From Octopus sinensis (taxonomy: Eukaryota), in assembly GCF_006345805.1 (NCBI RefSeq), contig NC_042999.1, forward strand, positions 93,806,001 through 93,870,000: a stretch of 64,000 bases of DNA. Direction: 5' to 3'. The notes under the pieces were generated by a model. The model did no database searches. It was not told the origin of the DNA and was given only the letters and a program-made list of their open reading frames with translations. The position numbers and the translations under genes are program-made. Shown in pieces: positions 39,501-53,712 of this stretch (position 1 is its first letter; each line of letters starts with the position of its first letter).

Positions 39501-39880
39501 TGTCTGTAATTAGGCCCAGATCCAATGACGTCAATGCGCTCGGGGTGTGAGAGCGGGGACAAGCAGCCGTCTATGCGGGTCGCAAGTGTGCTTGCAATGG
39601 GTGATGTACACTGTTTAAACTAGTCAGATTGATGGTTTGAGCGTGTTTGTTGCGTTCTGCTCTTGTATGCTTCAGTTTTCCTCTAGGCGACTTAACTGCA
39701 TTAACCAACATCTTCATCCACTACGCTAAGTCTGTAGGCAGTGATAGAGTGAATTTTTAAGGTTTATAAACCTCCATTGATGTCCTATGTCGGCTCCATA
39801 TTGATTGGATAATACAATTCTAATTTCTGAAATGAGGAATTTACACCTTGTACACTGTTTATATTTGTCGGATTGCTGCC

Positions 39881-40086
39881 CTTTATCTTGGTTGTTGCTT
39901 CCATTATGTTTCGGCTGTTATACGCTCCAGCCCACTTTAGTTGTCTAGTGACTCACTTCAATGCCTTGCCAAGGATTGAACTCAGAACTTCTACGTGACT
40001 ATATACTAAGATGAGTGACAAGACACCTGAAAAATGCTTGAGCGTACAACAGCCGAAAGATAGTGAAAGCAACAATCATGATAAAG
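39881..40086. repeat. Short diverged inverted repeat (39881-39954 / 40012-40086) with decayed hammerhead-like cores
   Basis: GCTTGAGCGTACAACAGCCGAAAGATAGTGAAAGCAACAATCATGATAAAG versus the reverse complement of CTTTATCTTGGTTGTTGCTTCCATTATGTTTCGGCTGTTATACGCTCCAGC. The right copy reads CAC-CTGAAAA...AGCC-GAAA...GTG. Confidence 0.65.
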
Positions 40087-42651
40087 AGAATAGTCCGACT
40101 AATGTAAACTGTACGTAATATAAGTTCCTTATCTCAGAAATATAGAATTGTTTTAACTGCTAAATCGTTGATTTCTTATATTTATAGTTGGATTCTGGAG
40201 ATTATATTAAATCGCATTGCTCTTTTCACAAATAATCTAAAGTTGTATTTTAGTCGACACGGTGCTTCGGCAAGTAGTTAAAATGTTGGATTCATGATCG
40301 TAAGGATGTTACCATCGACCACCCGACTGCATTGTATCTTTGAGAAAAACATTCTCCTTTCACGTTCTATCCATTCAAAGAATTGAAAGTGAGTACCAAT
40401 AGCATCGCGCGACAGATAGTGTTCATTGTTATGCAGATTACGTTCGCTACGCTATTTCTTGTCTGCAATATATCATATTTGAGATAGCAAGAGACATATT
40501 GATGTAATGCAATAAACAGTCTAAGAAAAGCTCATCGTATGTGATATTTGTCAATCTGAATATGTTTGAGTTGTGTATGCTATTTCAATAATATCTAATA
40601 CCGCGACCATTTTGTTATATCGCGAATATTGACTGTTGATCTACATTTGATCTACATTTATACGTACACATCAAATATATTTTGGTCTATGAGGCATTCA
40701 AATGGTTATTAAAAATTGGTCTTTAAAGGGATTCCGTCCGGAATGGCCACTAGGGTCTTTCGATTCATATATCATCGTATCTATGATGAAATTATCGTTT
40801 TGTCTTGTAAAACGTTTCGTGTAGAGAATCTTATCGATTCTGTATATTTATTTTAAATTATAGTAAAAAAAATGAGACACGTGAGTACCTCTTGCAACGT
40901 GGTAATGCTGTAGGCCACAAGAATAAATGCATTCCTATACTGCTGTCTGATATTCAGTAGTTCATTACTACACTGTTTCCTATATATGTACAGTTGTTGG
41001 GTGACGAACATGTAGAGTGAAATACTTTTAATTTTTGAATTAAACTAACGCGTTTAATTCGGTCATGATTCATTACAGTTCCTCAGAGGTAAGGAGAGGT
41101 TCACTATGTGAACACCTTAAGTGTTAGTACTGTGGAACGCATTTATCATCGAATCACGTTAAATAATTGAAAACAACCTCGGTAAATGACTTGGTAGAAA
41201 ACTAAGTACATTTTTAAATGCATATGATCATATGTTCCTTAATCTAGTATTAACTGAGGCTTCAAAACAATAAGAACCACAAAATCGTATACCTTGCTCT
41301 GCAAATATTGATACGGATCTGTTTCCTTCTTTGCTTTGCTTTTTAAACTTCGTCAAATTATCCAGTTTATTTTCCCGCTCAGACACGTAATTTTGCTTTG
41401 TAATATGTTATACTCCATCTGACAATAATTTTATATCTTCAGTTTTACCAGCCATGGATGCTTAAGTATAATGTAAATTATTTATGCTTGAGACCATGTT
41501 TGGCAAGTAATTTTATGACATTAATAAAGGGGTATTGATTAACAAGCGAGTTTTCCTTTGCCCTATGTACTATCTTAAACTCAGGGGTTTTTTCCCAGAC
41601 AACTTTTAGCCCCTTGAATGGTCAATTATTATTAGCGGTCGATTGGCAAAATCATTACAAATTCGATATAAATGTGTCCTGGTATGCCTTTGGGTATGAG
41701 TTCATGTCCTGCCAAGGTAACTTTGACTTTCAACCATTTATGAGTGATTAATTATAGCATATGTGATTGCTATAATCGGTACTTCGGTCACACAAGTATT
41801 GAGATCTTGTACATATCTAAAAATCCATAATATTAATAGATATCGTTATTCATATTGTTGTGGCAGTTTCCATTGCTATCAATGTTATTGCAATTACTTT
41901 GTTGTTACAAAGATGCAAATACAGCTACCGCACATTCTATAAGACTAACACTGTAGAAAATATAACATATTTTTCTTCACCAACGCAGAAAAATTCAGAG
42001 TTTTTTCCAAACATATTTTATGAATGAAACAATCGAATAAAATGACTATTACCATTCATTCTCCCATTTACGAAGACAACTGTATATCAAATATTCTTTA
42101 AATGAAATAAAAACAAGATTGCATACCGGGCGTTGGTTGAGTGTGTGGTTAACTGTTTCAGAAATATTTTAAGTGAAACCAGCTCATATTAGAAGGTATG
42201 TAGTAACTTTCGTTCTTTGTTATATATTGCACGGTGTGTAAAATATTCTGAAGCGATAAATATGTAAACTAATTAACAATAATTAACATTTGTATCTTGT
42301 ATATTTGATCAAAACAAATCACTCGTAAACCTTTAGAGAATCGTTATTGAATGAAGAAAACTTTGAGCAAACAGGTGATGATACATATCCTAACAGGAAA
42401 ACTGTTATGTTTGGCGGAATAATATATTAATAAAGGCGGTAAATATATTCACTGTAGTAGCATCAGACACTATTAGAGATACTGTCCTTTGCCAGTGAAG
42501 GGATTAATGGCTCCGCATTTAATTTTGTGGATCAAAATTTGGCGTTAGGTCATTGGCAGCAGGATGGTAACAATCTCAGACGGTGATTGCCGATATGCTG
42601 AATGTTCGGTAGTGCTGCCGACGGTGGTTAGGTACTTTGCAGAGGTCTGAT

Positions 42652-42735
<84 letters not shown>
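42652..42735. repeat. (TCTA)n microsatellite
   Basis: Directly visible. Confidence 0.95.
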
Positions 42736-42736
<1 letters not shown>

Positions 42737-43547
42737 GTTTCTTTCTTTCTTTCTTTCTTTTTGTTCTCTATTTGTATTGAATGTGTGCATGTATGTGCAT
42801 GATTGTGGGTACATTTACATAATACTAATGTATGTATACACATGTATAAGTATGTACGTTTCAGGGATCAATGTGAACTAGGCGTGTAGTCTGTATTGCG
42901 CTCTGATCTACGGAATTGTATCACGTAGTGCGACATAACGGCGCTTGAAGAATATTGGATTGAAGTAAAAGAGATGCAAAGTGACAGAAAAAAAAATAGA
43001 ACCTGAACAGTAAATTCCTAAGTTTCATTTGCAAGTGAGAAATGTTACTAATGTAATTTCAAGTGAATTGCATAAACGTGATTATGAAAAAAGGCAACTG
43101 TTTCCCTAAAGCGGCACTTGAATGAACATTTCTTGACCATGTTTTATAGTTAAGATAATTACACAATGCTGTATGTGTTTGTTACGTTTTCCATATTCAT
43201 AGTAACATTCATTTGCATAATTTGCTGAATAGGTAGTGAGTGTTGAGAAACCGTATTTGTGTCTCCACTCAGCTCAGCACATATTACTTCTTTTGGTGGT
43301 AAATTGCTTTTGTAATTTAAAAGTGTAAATGTTACTATTTTCCTACGGCAGTAATCGCAAATTATACATATCATACCACAGAAAGGAAGATTTGGGTATT
43401 CTGCTATATTCATATGATTATTCAGTAATTTCTTCGCAGACTCTTTGGCGTGCATAACCGGATCGTTGTTAACTGTATAAATTTCAGTATTTCTACTGAG
43501 GTATATTTCGACAGTCATAAAATCAGCAATGCTGCCCTTATGCATTT

Positions 43548-43920
43548 GTTTCAGGTATCAAACCGCGGTGATGGTTGGGCACCGCCTCGAAGGAGTTTAG
43601 TCGAAACAGTACGTACCTTGCCGGCCTCGGTATTTATATTGTTGAATCTGATACTAATTTATCGGTTTCTGTTACCGAACAGTTAGGTTAGAGGAACGTA
43701 AGTAAACATAAACAAGGACGTCGCATTAATACATACATATGTATGTGTGTGTATGTTTGTGTATGTATATGACAGGCCTATGTAAATTCCCGACCTAATA
43801 AATCCAGTTATAAGGCTTTGGTTACCCCGAGCTTATAGAAGAACTCACTTGCCTAAGGCGTCACTGCAGTGGTACAGAACCAAATATCATGTGAATGGGA
43901 AGCAAGCTTCGTACCACACC
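43548..43920 (-). mobile_element. Degenerate OR-like SINE
   Basis: Plus strand TTTGTTTCAG...GGGCACCGCC...AAGGCTTTGGTTACCCCGAGCTTATAGAAGAACTCACTTGCC...GCAAGCTTCGTACCACACC is colinear with 24331-24718. Confidence 0.65.
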
Positions 43921-44119
43921 TATATGAGTGTACGTGTACGCACACGCAAACACACAAAAAAACACATACATATATATGCAAACACACACACATACAGATA
44001 AATATGTACCTACAAATGAATGTCTTTACCAGGGAGGACTGGAATGTCACATCAAATGGAAGAGTAAAATGTATTCAAATGCGATGTGACAGACCTCTGC
44101 GAAACCTGTCAAAGGAAAC

Positions 44120-44700
44120 AAATGCATAGATGTAAGGTATCGTGAGAGCGGGAGAAACGGAAGGTGCGAGAGCAACAAATTGTCTTGAGTGCATCATAAG
44201 CAAGGAATGGGCATCGAAATTTATTTCTTGCCAATTGCCTTCATCACGCATCGGCGTTCTAAACGTTTGTTTCGCAAGAAATGCTGCATTGAATGTCGTC
44301 CACACCAATGTCCCTACGAAAGCAAGCGAAGTGATAAAGTGGAAGCATTCTACCAAGCGCCAGCTCACAAATCCTCTTACACCATAGTGATGGGAATTCA
44401 AATAGTAAAAGTTCGAAAATGACGACATGGAGGGAAAACTTTTGGCAAATTTGGATCAGGAATGAGAAATGATAGTGAACGTTTAGTTACCATGGCAGAA
44501 AGAAGGAAACATTACATTGGGAAGAGGTTATACAGGAAGCAACCTGGAAAGAGACGGATCGTTCAAAACGTTCAACACAACATTGCATTCTAGTCGGTAA
44601 ACGGCGCATACTGAAGGACATCTCAATAGTTGTGCCTTTCAAAACAAGTTGTGATCATCGCTTTCTACAGGCAAAGATCGAATCAGTGTAATTAGAAAGA
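44120..44700 (+). pseudogene. RTE-clade LINE apurinic-like endonuclease remnant
   Basis: KFISCQLPSSRIGVL; VEAFYQ...SSYTIVMG (GDFNAK-box region); GKFGSGMRNDSERLV. Confidence 0.7.
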
Positions 44701-45388
44701 GAATGGTTCTGCACGTCTTAATAGAGAATGAATGTATAAAGTTCTTTGATATGAAGCATTTGAAGGAAAATATCCAGAATGATATTTAGAGTCAACTTGA
44801 AGTGCTCGATGAAGACTACAATTTGCTGCTACATAAAATGAAAAGGAACCTATGGAAAGCAAAGAACACAAACCAGCAAGATCCTAGCAAACAATGATTT
44901 AGTTAAACAATTTCGGTCAAGATGTAAACAGATGGTGCAATCAAGACAAAACTGGAAGTGCATTGTGACTATCGGTGTATATGAGTATCTGAAGGTCTGG
45001 TCGATACTCCGATTTATTCAATTCATGGCCGGCCTATAGTCGCTTGAATTTTTCTCCATCGTAATGGTGTAGTTTGATCGACCTGCAGGATAAGTAGGCC
45101 TGTTTCTCTGTATTGTCTTAGTCATCAAGAAGAAACCATCCTCATCGCCAGTCGGACAGGCCATTTATTTCCTCTTCAATTTTTTGTAGCTTCCAACCTC
45201 TAACGAATAGACTCCATGTTCACTTGCATGAGGTGGTCTTTCCGCAGATTAAGTAGTCCAGTACATTTGTAGCTTGGGTGAACCTTCCAAGGCATACTCC
45301 TCGCTACGATAGCTCCCGAAAAACCATTGCCAAATTTGCACCAGTATGAGGTACTGAAATAGTATTATGTGTGTGAGTGTGTGTGTAT

Positions 45389-45426
<38 letters not shown>

Positions 45427-45883
45427 AAGCATACCAAAACAGACATACATACACACAGACATATATATATAGAGAGAGAGAGAGAGGAGAGAGTGAGAGT
45501 CAGAGAGAGAGAGAGAGAAAGAGAGAGTGAGAGACAGAGATAGACAGAGAGAAAGAGAGAGATTAGCGTAAGGTAACTTTTCCTAGAAATTTGCAATTCT
45601 CCATTTCGCATGTGGAATAAAATCGCATTCTCACAAAAATTTGAAATAAATATGATGACTAGAGAAAGCAGTGGTAAGGAAGTAATTTTGTATCATGCAC
45701 TGGGCGGACAGAGAGACATGAGAGAGATGCTGTACATTGATCTCTACACATGAATGCCACTGCATATTCATATGATGTTTCTGAAAACAAATACATATGC
45801 AAACATACTTTCATCCAAACATAATACTTACACACATATAAGTTTGATTTTAAGCTTCAAGAGGTTAAATCAAAGTGTTTTAG

Positions 45884-45884
<1 letters not shown>

Positions 45885-45978
<94 letters not shown>
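45885..45978. repeat. (AAT)n microsatellite
   Basis: Directly visible. Confidence 0.95.
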
Positions 45979-47108
45979 GTTAGCGTGCAGCAATTTATAG
46001 CTCTTTCTCTCTATATCTCTATCTCTCTATCTGTATATATATATAGGTATGAGTGCACACATACATATAAACACACCTAAATGTACAGAAGAGAGATGGC
46101 GAGGGAAAAGGAAAGGAAAAGAGAGAGAAAGAGTGAGAAGGAGAGAGTACCAGTTTATATCTTCATCTTCTTTAAATAAGAAAACATATCCCAAACATCT
46201 TTCTTTAACGTTATCATAAGCATCATTTCTGAAGCTACAAACTCATTTTCAATAAAAAAAAAAGAATATAAAATGTCCCTCATCAAAAACTTGAAACTAA
46301 CACAGTAATGCTTAATTCCATTTCTCAAGTAAAAAACAAAATGTAGTTAATAATAAAACCAAATAAACTATGTAATCTCTAAAAAAAAAGGAGGTTACAT
46401 TAATAATGGTTGGTATGATCTTCACCAAAATTCGTTGGACAATCAATCATATAATGACCTTGCAACTGATCTAAACTTTGAACTTTATTGTAGATCGATA
46501 AGGCAAATCAAATAGAAATATTGGAAAATAAGATGTGCTTATCATCTTATCAAACATTTCACTGAAAAACGACGAAGAAATGTGCTTTCTTATTGAAATA
46601 GCTGAAAAAATACATTTAAAATTATAACAGTTCTATATCTTACTACACACACACATACATACACGCACACACGCATATATATGTGTGTGTATGTGTGTGA
46701 GAAAGAGAGAGAGGCAGGGAGAAAGAGAAAGAAAGAGGAGGGAGAGATAGAGAGATGAGCCGAATGATTCTATGTTGCTTTGAAAAAGTGTATGGAGCTG
46801 TTCGATGAAATGAATTACCTTGTCCATGAATTATCGTGGAACTGCAAAGAATTCCTCAGGCACGTTAATTTCTCTCCTGCAAAACTATGTGAAAGTTTGT
46901 AAAAATTTTGTATATTTCAATTACAGGTGCAATTAATTTAAAGAAATTGAATAACGTTACTATTACAAATATGAGCCAGTCCAAAGGGATAGAAAAAGGA
47001 ATTTGTTTAATAGAACTTGGAATGGGTTCGAGCCAGAATCCAAACAGTTGCAAAGCAAATTTCTTAATCAGACGGCATTGTAACTAACACACTTTTACTT
47101 AATAAAGC

Positions 47109-47490
47109 TTAAACTTATCTAAAGAAGAAGATATTATACAAGCTGCTGGAAAAAGCATAACTGAGTTTGGAAGGAAATACTGGGTAAGTAAAGATAGACC
47201 TGATCAGTTTGACATTACTATGGGTTCCAACGATTCCACTGAAGTAATTGACTTTGTGAGAATTTATATTTCAAAATGTGTTAATAGCAAATTTCTGGTC
47301 GGTGGACGATTATACAGGAACGCTGCTATTTTACCCATATATAAATTTAGTAATGTAAATCTAGAATGATCCCGGAAAACACTGTCTAGATCTCTCTATT
47401 TCAATTGAATATGAATATAGCAAAGTTAATTTCCCAGATGTTAATTTTGATTGGAAAATCGGCCAATATCAACCATACTATAAACCTAAA
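47109..47490 (+). pseudogene. Penelope-like element RT remnant (catalytic DD lost)
   Basis: EEDIIQAAGKSI...WVSKD...FDITMGSNDSTEVIDFVRIYI (cf. FDVTMGSYDGAEVCELVGLYI), GRLYRNAA (cf. GLYRDDG), VNFPDVNFDWKIGQYQPYYKPK (cf. VNFLDVTFDL...YKPYRKPN). Confidence 0.8.
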
Positions 47491-47599
47491 CTCAAGTAAA
47501 AATTTAATACATCCTAAAAAATTTTACTGATTCTATCGTTAAATTTATTTCAATTCATAAATGTTGTCTGATCAATAGCTATCCTGAATGTTGCCATAA

Positions 47600-47830
47600 T
47601 AACGAAGCTAAGGCACGGAGTGTAAAGCTTCTTGGGACAGACTGATCGGTAACTGCTGTGCACACACACACTAAGTTCCATCGTTCTAGCTCATTTTCAC
47701 TCTTTACAGCAGTACTTGAAAAGAAAGTGTGCAGCATGTAATCGTCGCATTGACGGTGACAGAACTACGTCAAGTTTTGTCAAAAGCTTGGTGATACCTG
47801 CTCAAAAGGTTTTCATCATTCTTGACAAAA
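47600..47830 (+). mobile_element. Mariner 5' remnant
   Basis: AAGTTTTGTCAAAAGCTTGGTGATACCTGCTCA encodes KFCQKLGDTCS, a mariner N-terminal helix-turn-helix pattern. Confidence 0.5.
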
Positions 47831-47859
47831 TGAAGGAGAACATGTGCAGCTGAAACCCG

Positions 47860-48410
47860 GGTGTCTTTTTGTTCAGTTAAATGCTGTTTTGGCAGACACG
47901 TGTCTTAAACCCAAATTTTCAGCGATAATGGGCTGAACTGAACCGTAACTAATCTGTAGATCCTCTGATAACTCACGGATCGTGATTCGACGATTTTCCC
48001 TCACAGCTGCACGCATACCTGTGATGTTTTCCTCAGTGCTGCTGATTGCGTGTCTTCCAGAACGTTCGTCAATATCGACATTTTTTTCGGCAATCTTGGA
48101 AACGTCTGACCCACTCGTACACTTGTGTGTGGCACATACACCTCTTTCCATAAGGTCTCTGCGACTTTGCATAGGCCTCTGACCTGGAATCGCCATGACA
48201 AATTTCTCTGTCGTGGTCAATGCAGGGATCACACGATATACACCATCCTTCGAAGTACTTCTATAAATAGCGGAGGAGAGCTAGAACGTTAAAACTTACT
48301 GCGCATGAACAGCAGTGTTCAAGGTGAACCTATGCCAAACGGTTTTACTCTGCGTGCTTTAGCTTCGTTACTATGGGAATATTCGGGATTCTTATAAATC
48401 AGACCTCGTT
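47860..48410 (-). mobile_element. Mariner 5' half with TIR remnant
   Basis: Minus strand ACGAGGTCTGATTTATAAG TIR-like start; QVYEWVRRF...DIDERSGRHAISSTEENI...ENRRITIRELSEDLQISYGSVQPIIAENLGLRHVSAK. Confidence 0.85.
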
Positions 48411-50321
48411 TCAAGGTTATTTTCTAACGAGAAAATATTCATGAATAATGAAAACTATTACAATAATCACCTTAGTGAAACTTGATATAAGGATAGGGTA
48501 TTCTATAGCTCTGAAAAAATTAAAGAACGTATGAATATGGTTGATATAATAAATCAAGTTGATATAAGCATAAAAAGTGAACACAAAACAAAAAATAATG
48601 GAGAAGGTTACTGAGATTTCCACTCATCATGCCGAGTATAACTATAATACGGTATTACGTAATTTTAAGTAAACCCCATAAAAAGCATAGTATTACACTA
48701 AAAAAATCATAGACAAGATATAAAAACGACGCTGTTAACAAAAGTACTGACCATCCCACTAAATGAAAAGCTAGATATAGTCCTATATTATGGTATAACG
48801 CAGTCTTCATAACTCGGGTAGTCACAACTATACTTGTAAAATTTTCTGCACTACATAGACACTTTCTACCATATGAAATATGCAGTCAGGTTTTCAACTG
48901 ACACATGATTAGATTTACCTTTTCGATGAATAGGAACCGAAAACAAATCCTGCAGCGCGCAACTTTGAGAGAATTAGAGAATTCACTATTAGGGGCATAG
49001 TAAACACACATAGTGAAATTAATATGAATGGTGATAATGTCACACGTATTAATAACTACATGGCATGGTAGATACAATACGAATAATTCTAGCGGGATAA
49101 TAATCATCTGATTGCATAACGGTATTAGTGGCAACAGTAGCGAACCAACGGAAGATAGTATAAGGGAGGTAACTTAGCCAAAATCATACTCATATTAATT
49201 AAATAAACCGAGTAAGGAATCTAGTAACACACCTAATTTTTTCTATAGCGAAACCGATAATATCCATAGTGTGATCCGCAATACTATAGTGAGAATAAAT
49301 ATTTCTTTGAGTAGTAAGCATATGATAAATGTTAATAAACATTATTGAAATTGCAAGAACGATTTTCACTTGAAATGCAATGCCTCAGAAAAGAGACCTA
49401 TTTTATAGATATGCAATAACAGTTGGGCGTCTTTCTAATTATTATTACATAGCAACATTTTCTACTGCCTTTAAACAAAGATTTTGCAACTAGTTTGTTA
49501 AAAAAAAAATAGGAAAAACTAAATGTAGAAGTTTGAGTGGGATCATCTGAATTTATAGAATACGGACACTAAATATGATGTTAAGTAGGCAATTATTGGG
49601 AATTTGAAATGAGATTTCTGTTTGGAAATATTCCGTATTTTACCTCTAATTGCATTTTATTAAATCGCCGAAACGATTAACAGTAAACTGCACGCATTCC
49701 ATAAAATAAACATTCAAGAATTTTCCACTTAGATAAAAGGTTACAAGAGTTAACGTAGTCCAATAAAAGCGAATTTATTTAAGTTAGATTTTAACAAATG
49801 TGCACTAAACCTCGCAATTATAAGGGTGTTTTTTTTTTTTTTGGTGAATTGGGATAAAATATGGTTAGAATTCTTCTTTCATCTTAATACTAGATTTCTG
49901 TTATTTTAAAAAAGTATAAAATTTATTACATTATTATATTATTATGTCGATTATCGAAATTGAAACGATATCTATTTCCTTTTCATTTCTACTCCTTATA
50001 AATCTTGCCTTTATCTTTTACTGTATCATATTGCCCTCATTATGATTGGTTAGTGGTGTAAATGCATCCTGACCTAATTAATGTTTTTTTTCTACTACTC
50101 AGAAGGTCATTTTAAGTTCAAGTAATCCCAACACTACGGTCATATCGTATTTCAACTCAAATTCTACTGTTCTGTACACAAAGGTTTTAAGGTTTCTCAT
50201 TTACAATACATTTTAAGAATTAGTATCTAATACGTAAATCCTCAGTTCTCTTCACCCCACCATGCGCGTAAAATCTTGAACAAACTACATATAAATGTCT
50301 ACATAGGATGTGTATGTACTG

Positions 50322-50392
<71 letters not shown>

Positions 50393-51850
50393 TATGTGTA
50401 CATACATGCGCGTAAGTGTGTGTGCATGTAAGTAACTGTACATAATTGTGCATATGTATTATGAAAAATGTATGTTTTGCAAACAACCTGCACATACAAG
50501 TGCTACTAGTCGAAAGCTCCGCATACCGGAAGACAGCAAGTATATGGGATCATCAGGAAAGAACGCGCGCCCTCTCGGGGCCTACCTCGCGACAGCCTCA
50601 TCGCGCACCGGCGCCCTCTCTGATTTGAGTCCCCACTTGCTTGATCAACTGGTTATCAGATAAAGCTCAATAGTCTTCTAGCCAACGCTCATCGTCTCTT
50701 TTTTAATCGGATCCAGTGGCTAGCCTTTTCCACTGTAGTTTGGATGTCGGTCATGCTGGTACTTACTTTACGATGCGTTAGGCCTAACGATAACAACAGT
50801 CGCCTCACACGGTAAACAAGTACGACTAAAAATTCTCGACATTAAGATTAGAGTATCAAAATATATAATGGCTTTTAAGCTGGAAGCTCGAATTTCGCTC
50901 CTTTCAGTTTCATGTCTCCAACTGACAAGTAATACATGAAAAATGATATTGTTACCTTCTTAAAGAAGTATTCGAGCACGAAAACAAATAAAATCCGGAT
51001 CATATTATTTTCCGCGCGTGTAAACTTAAGTATGGATACACAAAAATATATAATATCTTCAATATCAAAAGGTAGTTAAAAAATAAATGATAAATAAATA
51101 ACGTTGTCATTTCATTGTAAGAAATGACGGCATCTTAATCTTTAATAAAAAATCATTCACAGCAAACACTCCTATGACAAAAACAGTTACAGAGAACGAA
51201 AGGAAGAAAAGAGAAATCTGCAATGTGATGTATTCAAAATGTGACTCTAGAAGACGTTGAACATTACAGTTTTCATATTTTAAGTCATGGAAGATTATCA
51301 AGAAACTTGCAAGACAGCAAATAGAGAATAATAAAAGTATAAACACAAGAAATTAAATTGAAAGGCATCAAGAAATCTACCGACCTTATAGAATGAATGT
51401 AAACATGTAATTGGAACGTTTTTCGAATTCATGAAATGATTCTTGTTCTAAACAAATTTGTTGATTTGCCTTATTTCCACTATCGGTTTGTAAACAGGTG
51501 CGAAATTAAGGATGATCATTTTATAGAAAAAAGGTGTGTGTGTACGTATGTGAGTGAGTGCGTGAGTGTGTGTGTGCATGTATATATGTGTGTGCGTATT
51601 TAGGGCAACGATTTGTTCTGTGGTTGTTTCTGTAAGCAGCCCCGAATGTAGGAGTAGATGTCTTATCAGGCAGCAGAGCAACCAGGCAGATAATCTGGCC
51701 CCATCTGCATGACACCAACGCTGTTCGAAGCTACGCACCGGTGTAGAAGATAAAACACCCACACAACGGCTCAAGATTTATTGAGTAACATGTTGTGACT
51801 TTCAGACAGATATTTTTCTATCATCATTAATCTTCAATTTTGATGTACCG

Positions 51851-51950
<100 letters not shown>

Positions 51951-51974
51951 GAATTTAATGCGTTACGTTTTCAG

Positions 51975-52300
51975 CGGTTTCTGACAGATTTTTGGCACCA
52001 ACATTTCTTCGCTGCTTGTTTCAGAATCCAGAGAATTGATTGAACCCTGGTTCCACCTAATCCTTTAACACCTATCTCTACAGGAAGGCTCATTGCCTCC
52101 CACCAATATTTACATGGTTAAAACAATTCGCAGTATTTTCTGCCTTTCCTCAGGAAATGCATTTGTTGTTCGCCCAGGAGGAAACTTTCAGCTCTGCTGA
52201 ATTTAGCAACTTTACTTTGCACCATATGACAAAGTTTGTTTGCTTTGGTAGATGAACCCATGAAGTGATATTTATTACAATCGTCAAAGAACACCAACGA
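51975..52300 (-). pseudogene. HERO/Utopia-like RLE LINE 3' remnant
   Basis: Across frames: NFVIWCK...AELKVSSW, HFLRKGRKYCEL, LPVEIGVKGLGG (cf. HERKRxKYxEL...PVEVGCRGF). It ends at the (GA)n tract. Confidence 0.55.
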
Positions 52301-52842
52301 AACCCTTTCCATTTTGGATCAGTCCTCTTATTTTGAAGGGGAAAATATAATGGGAAGCAGGAAAGCGTTCCCTCATGGCATGGTATAGTTTAAACTCATT
52401 GTTTCCTACACTTCTGTGTTTGGTCCACTATAGTTGCTTTATCTTGTCTTACTCATTTTGCCCCGACTAAATTTGTATTTTATATGCTCAAAGAGAACAG
52501 TGATAATTTTCTGAAATTGTGTTCTGAATATGTTATAGATTTTACTACATTTAGAGAAGACTTTTACGTAGTTGATATAGCTTTAGCAAGGTAGTGAAAA
52601 TTTATAAAAATGTAATTTCTTCAAAATCAAAATTGCAGTGAATGTTACACATTGTGCCCCACATACCCCTACAACAAACTGGAAAAGCAGACTTTCAGAA
52701 ATAGCTGTTTGAATTTTGCCGTTTTTGTGGGGATTTCTCACCACATTGTTTTTTACGCGCTGCAAAACAATCAAGGGAAGCCATCTTAAAAGAATCTTTT
52801 TTTAAAATCCATGTCTTAAATGTTGGTGCTTCCATCCACCCA

Positions 52843-52873
<31 letters not shown>

Positions 52874-53175
52874 GTGGGCACATCATGCGTTTGGAACAGC
52901 AACAGCCACAAAATATCTTCTCTTTCGTCGTTTTCTATCATTTTATCGTATTCTACATCCTGAAACATTTGTGACTCGCATTAACAGAAAAAATCTTACT
53001 CCCCTCTTCCCTCCTTCATTGTACTTTTCACTCTGAAGAAAGAGTCAAACACGCTAGTGGATATCTGAAAAACGAAATTTGAATTTTGAAAAGTGTATAT
53101 ATAAAGTGACATTTTCATTCAGTTATTCAAAATTTCTCTGCTAACTCATCAAATTCAATTACATGAAATAGATGA

Positions 53176-53643
53176 GTTTTGAGATTTAAATATGTTGAAT
53201 TTTCTAAGATATCAATTCTTGTGTATAAGAGGCCCATCGAACTTGAAGTGCGAAAGGCACCCACGGTTTACATCCGGTTCCGATCATACACCAACAGAGC
53301 ATTTACAATAAACACTTCAATAAACTTCTCATGTAAAAGCAAGGAAAACGAAAAATGGGGATACCCGGTTTATATCGATGGGATAAATACAAAGGACCCC
53401 ACTAACGGCCGAATTTAGCATAAGCAATGCAATAAAGTGAATATCTATGGAAATACACATATACACTCGAATGAACAATCGGTACTTCAAATACCACCAA
53501 AGGTCGCTGTATACAGAAAAGTAAATATAATACGTTCCCTCTCTGAAATGAACAGCAACAGCAGGAATAGTAGAGAAGATGTAGGTGAGGGGACGGTCAA
53601 CATACCGAAGGTTGATACCAGTAAAAACAATGACAATAATGGC

Positions 53644-53712
<69 letters not shown>

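Noticed and set aside
39521-39533. CCAAT overlapping a CRE palindrome TGACGTCA (also at about 59445 and 60869)
   Set aside because: About one hit is expected by chance in 64 kb, and there is no linked gene.
50505-50560. CTGATGA followed by a hairpin on the minus strand
   Set aside because: The hairpin is followed by GCTTTC rather than GAAA, so it is not a hammerhead.
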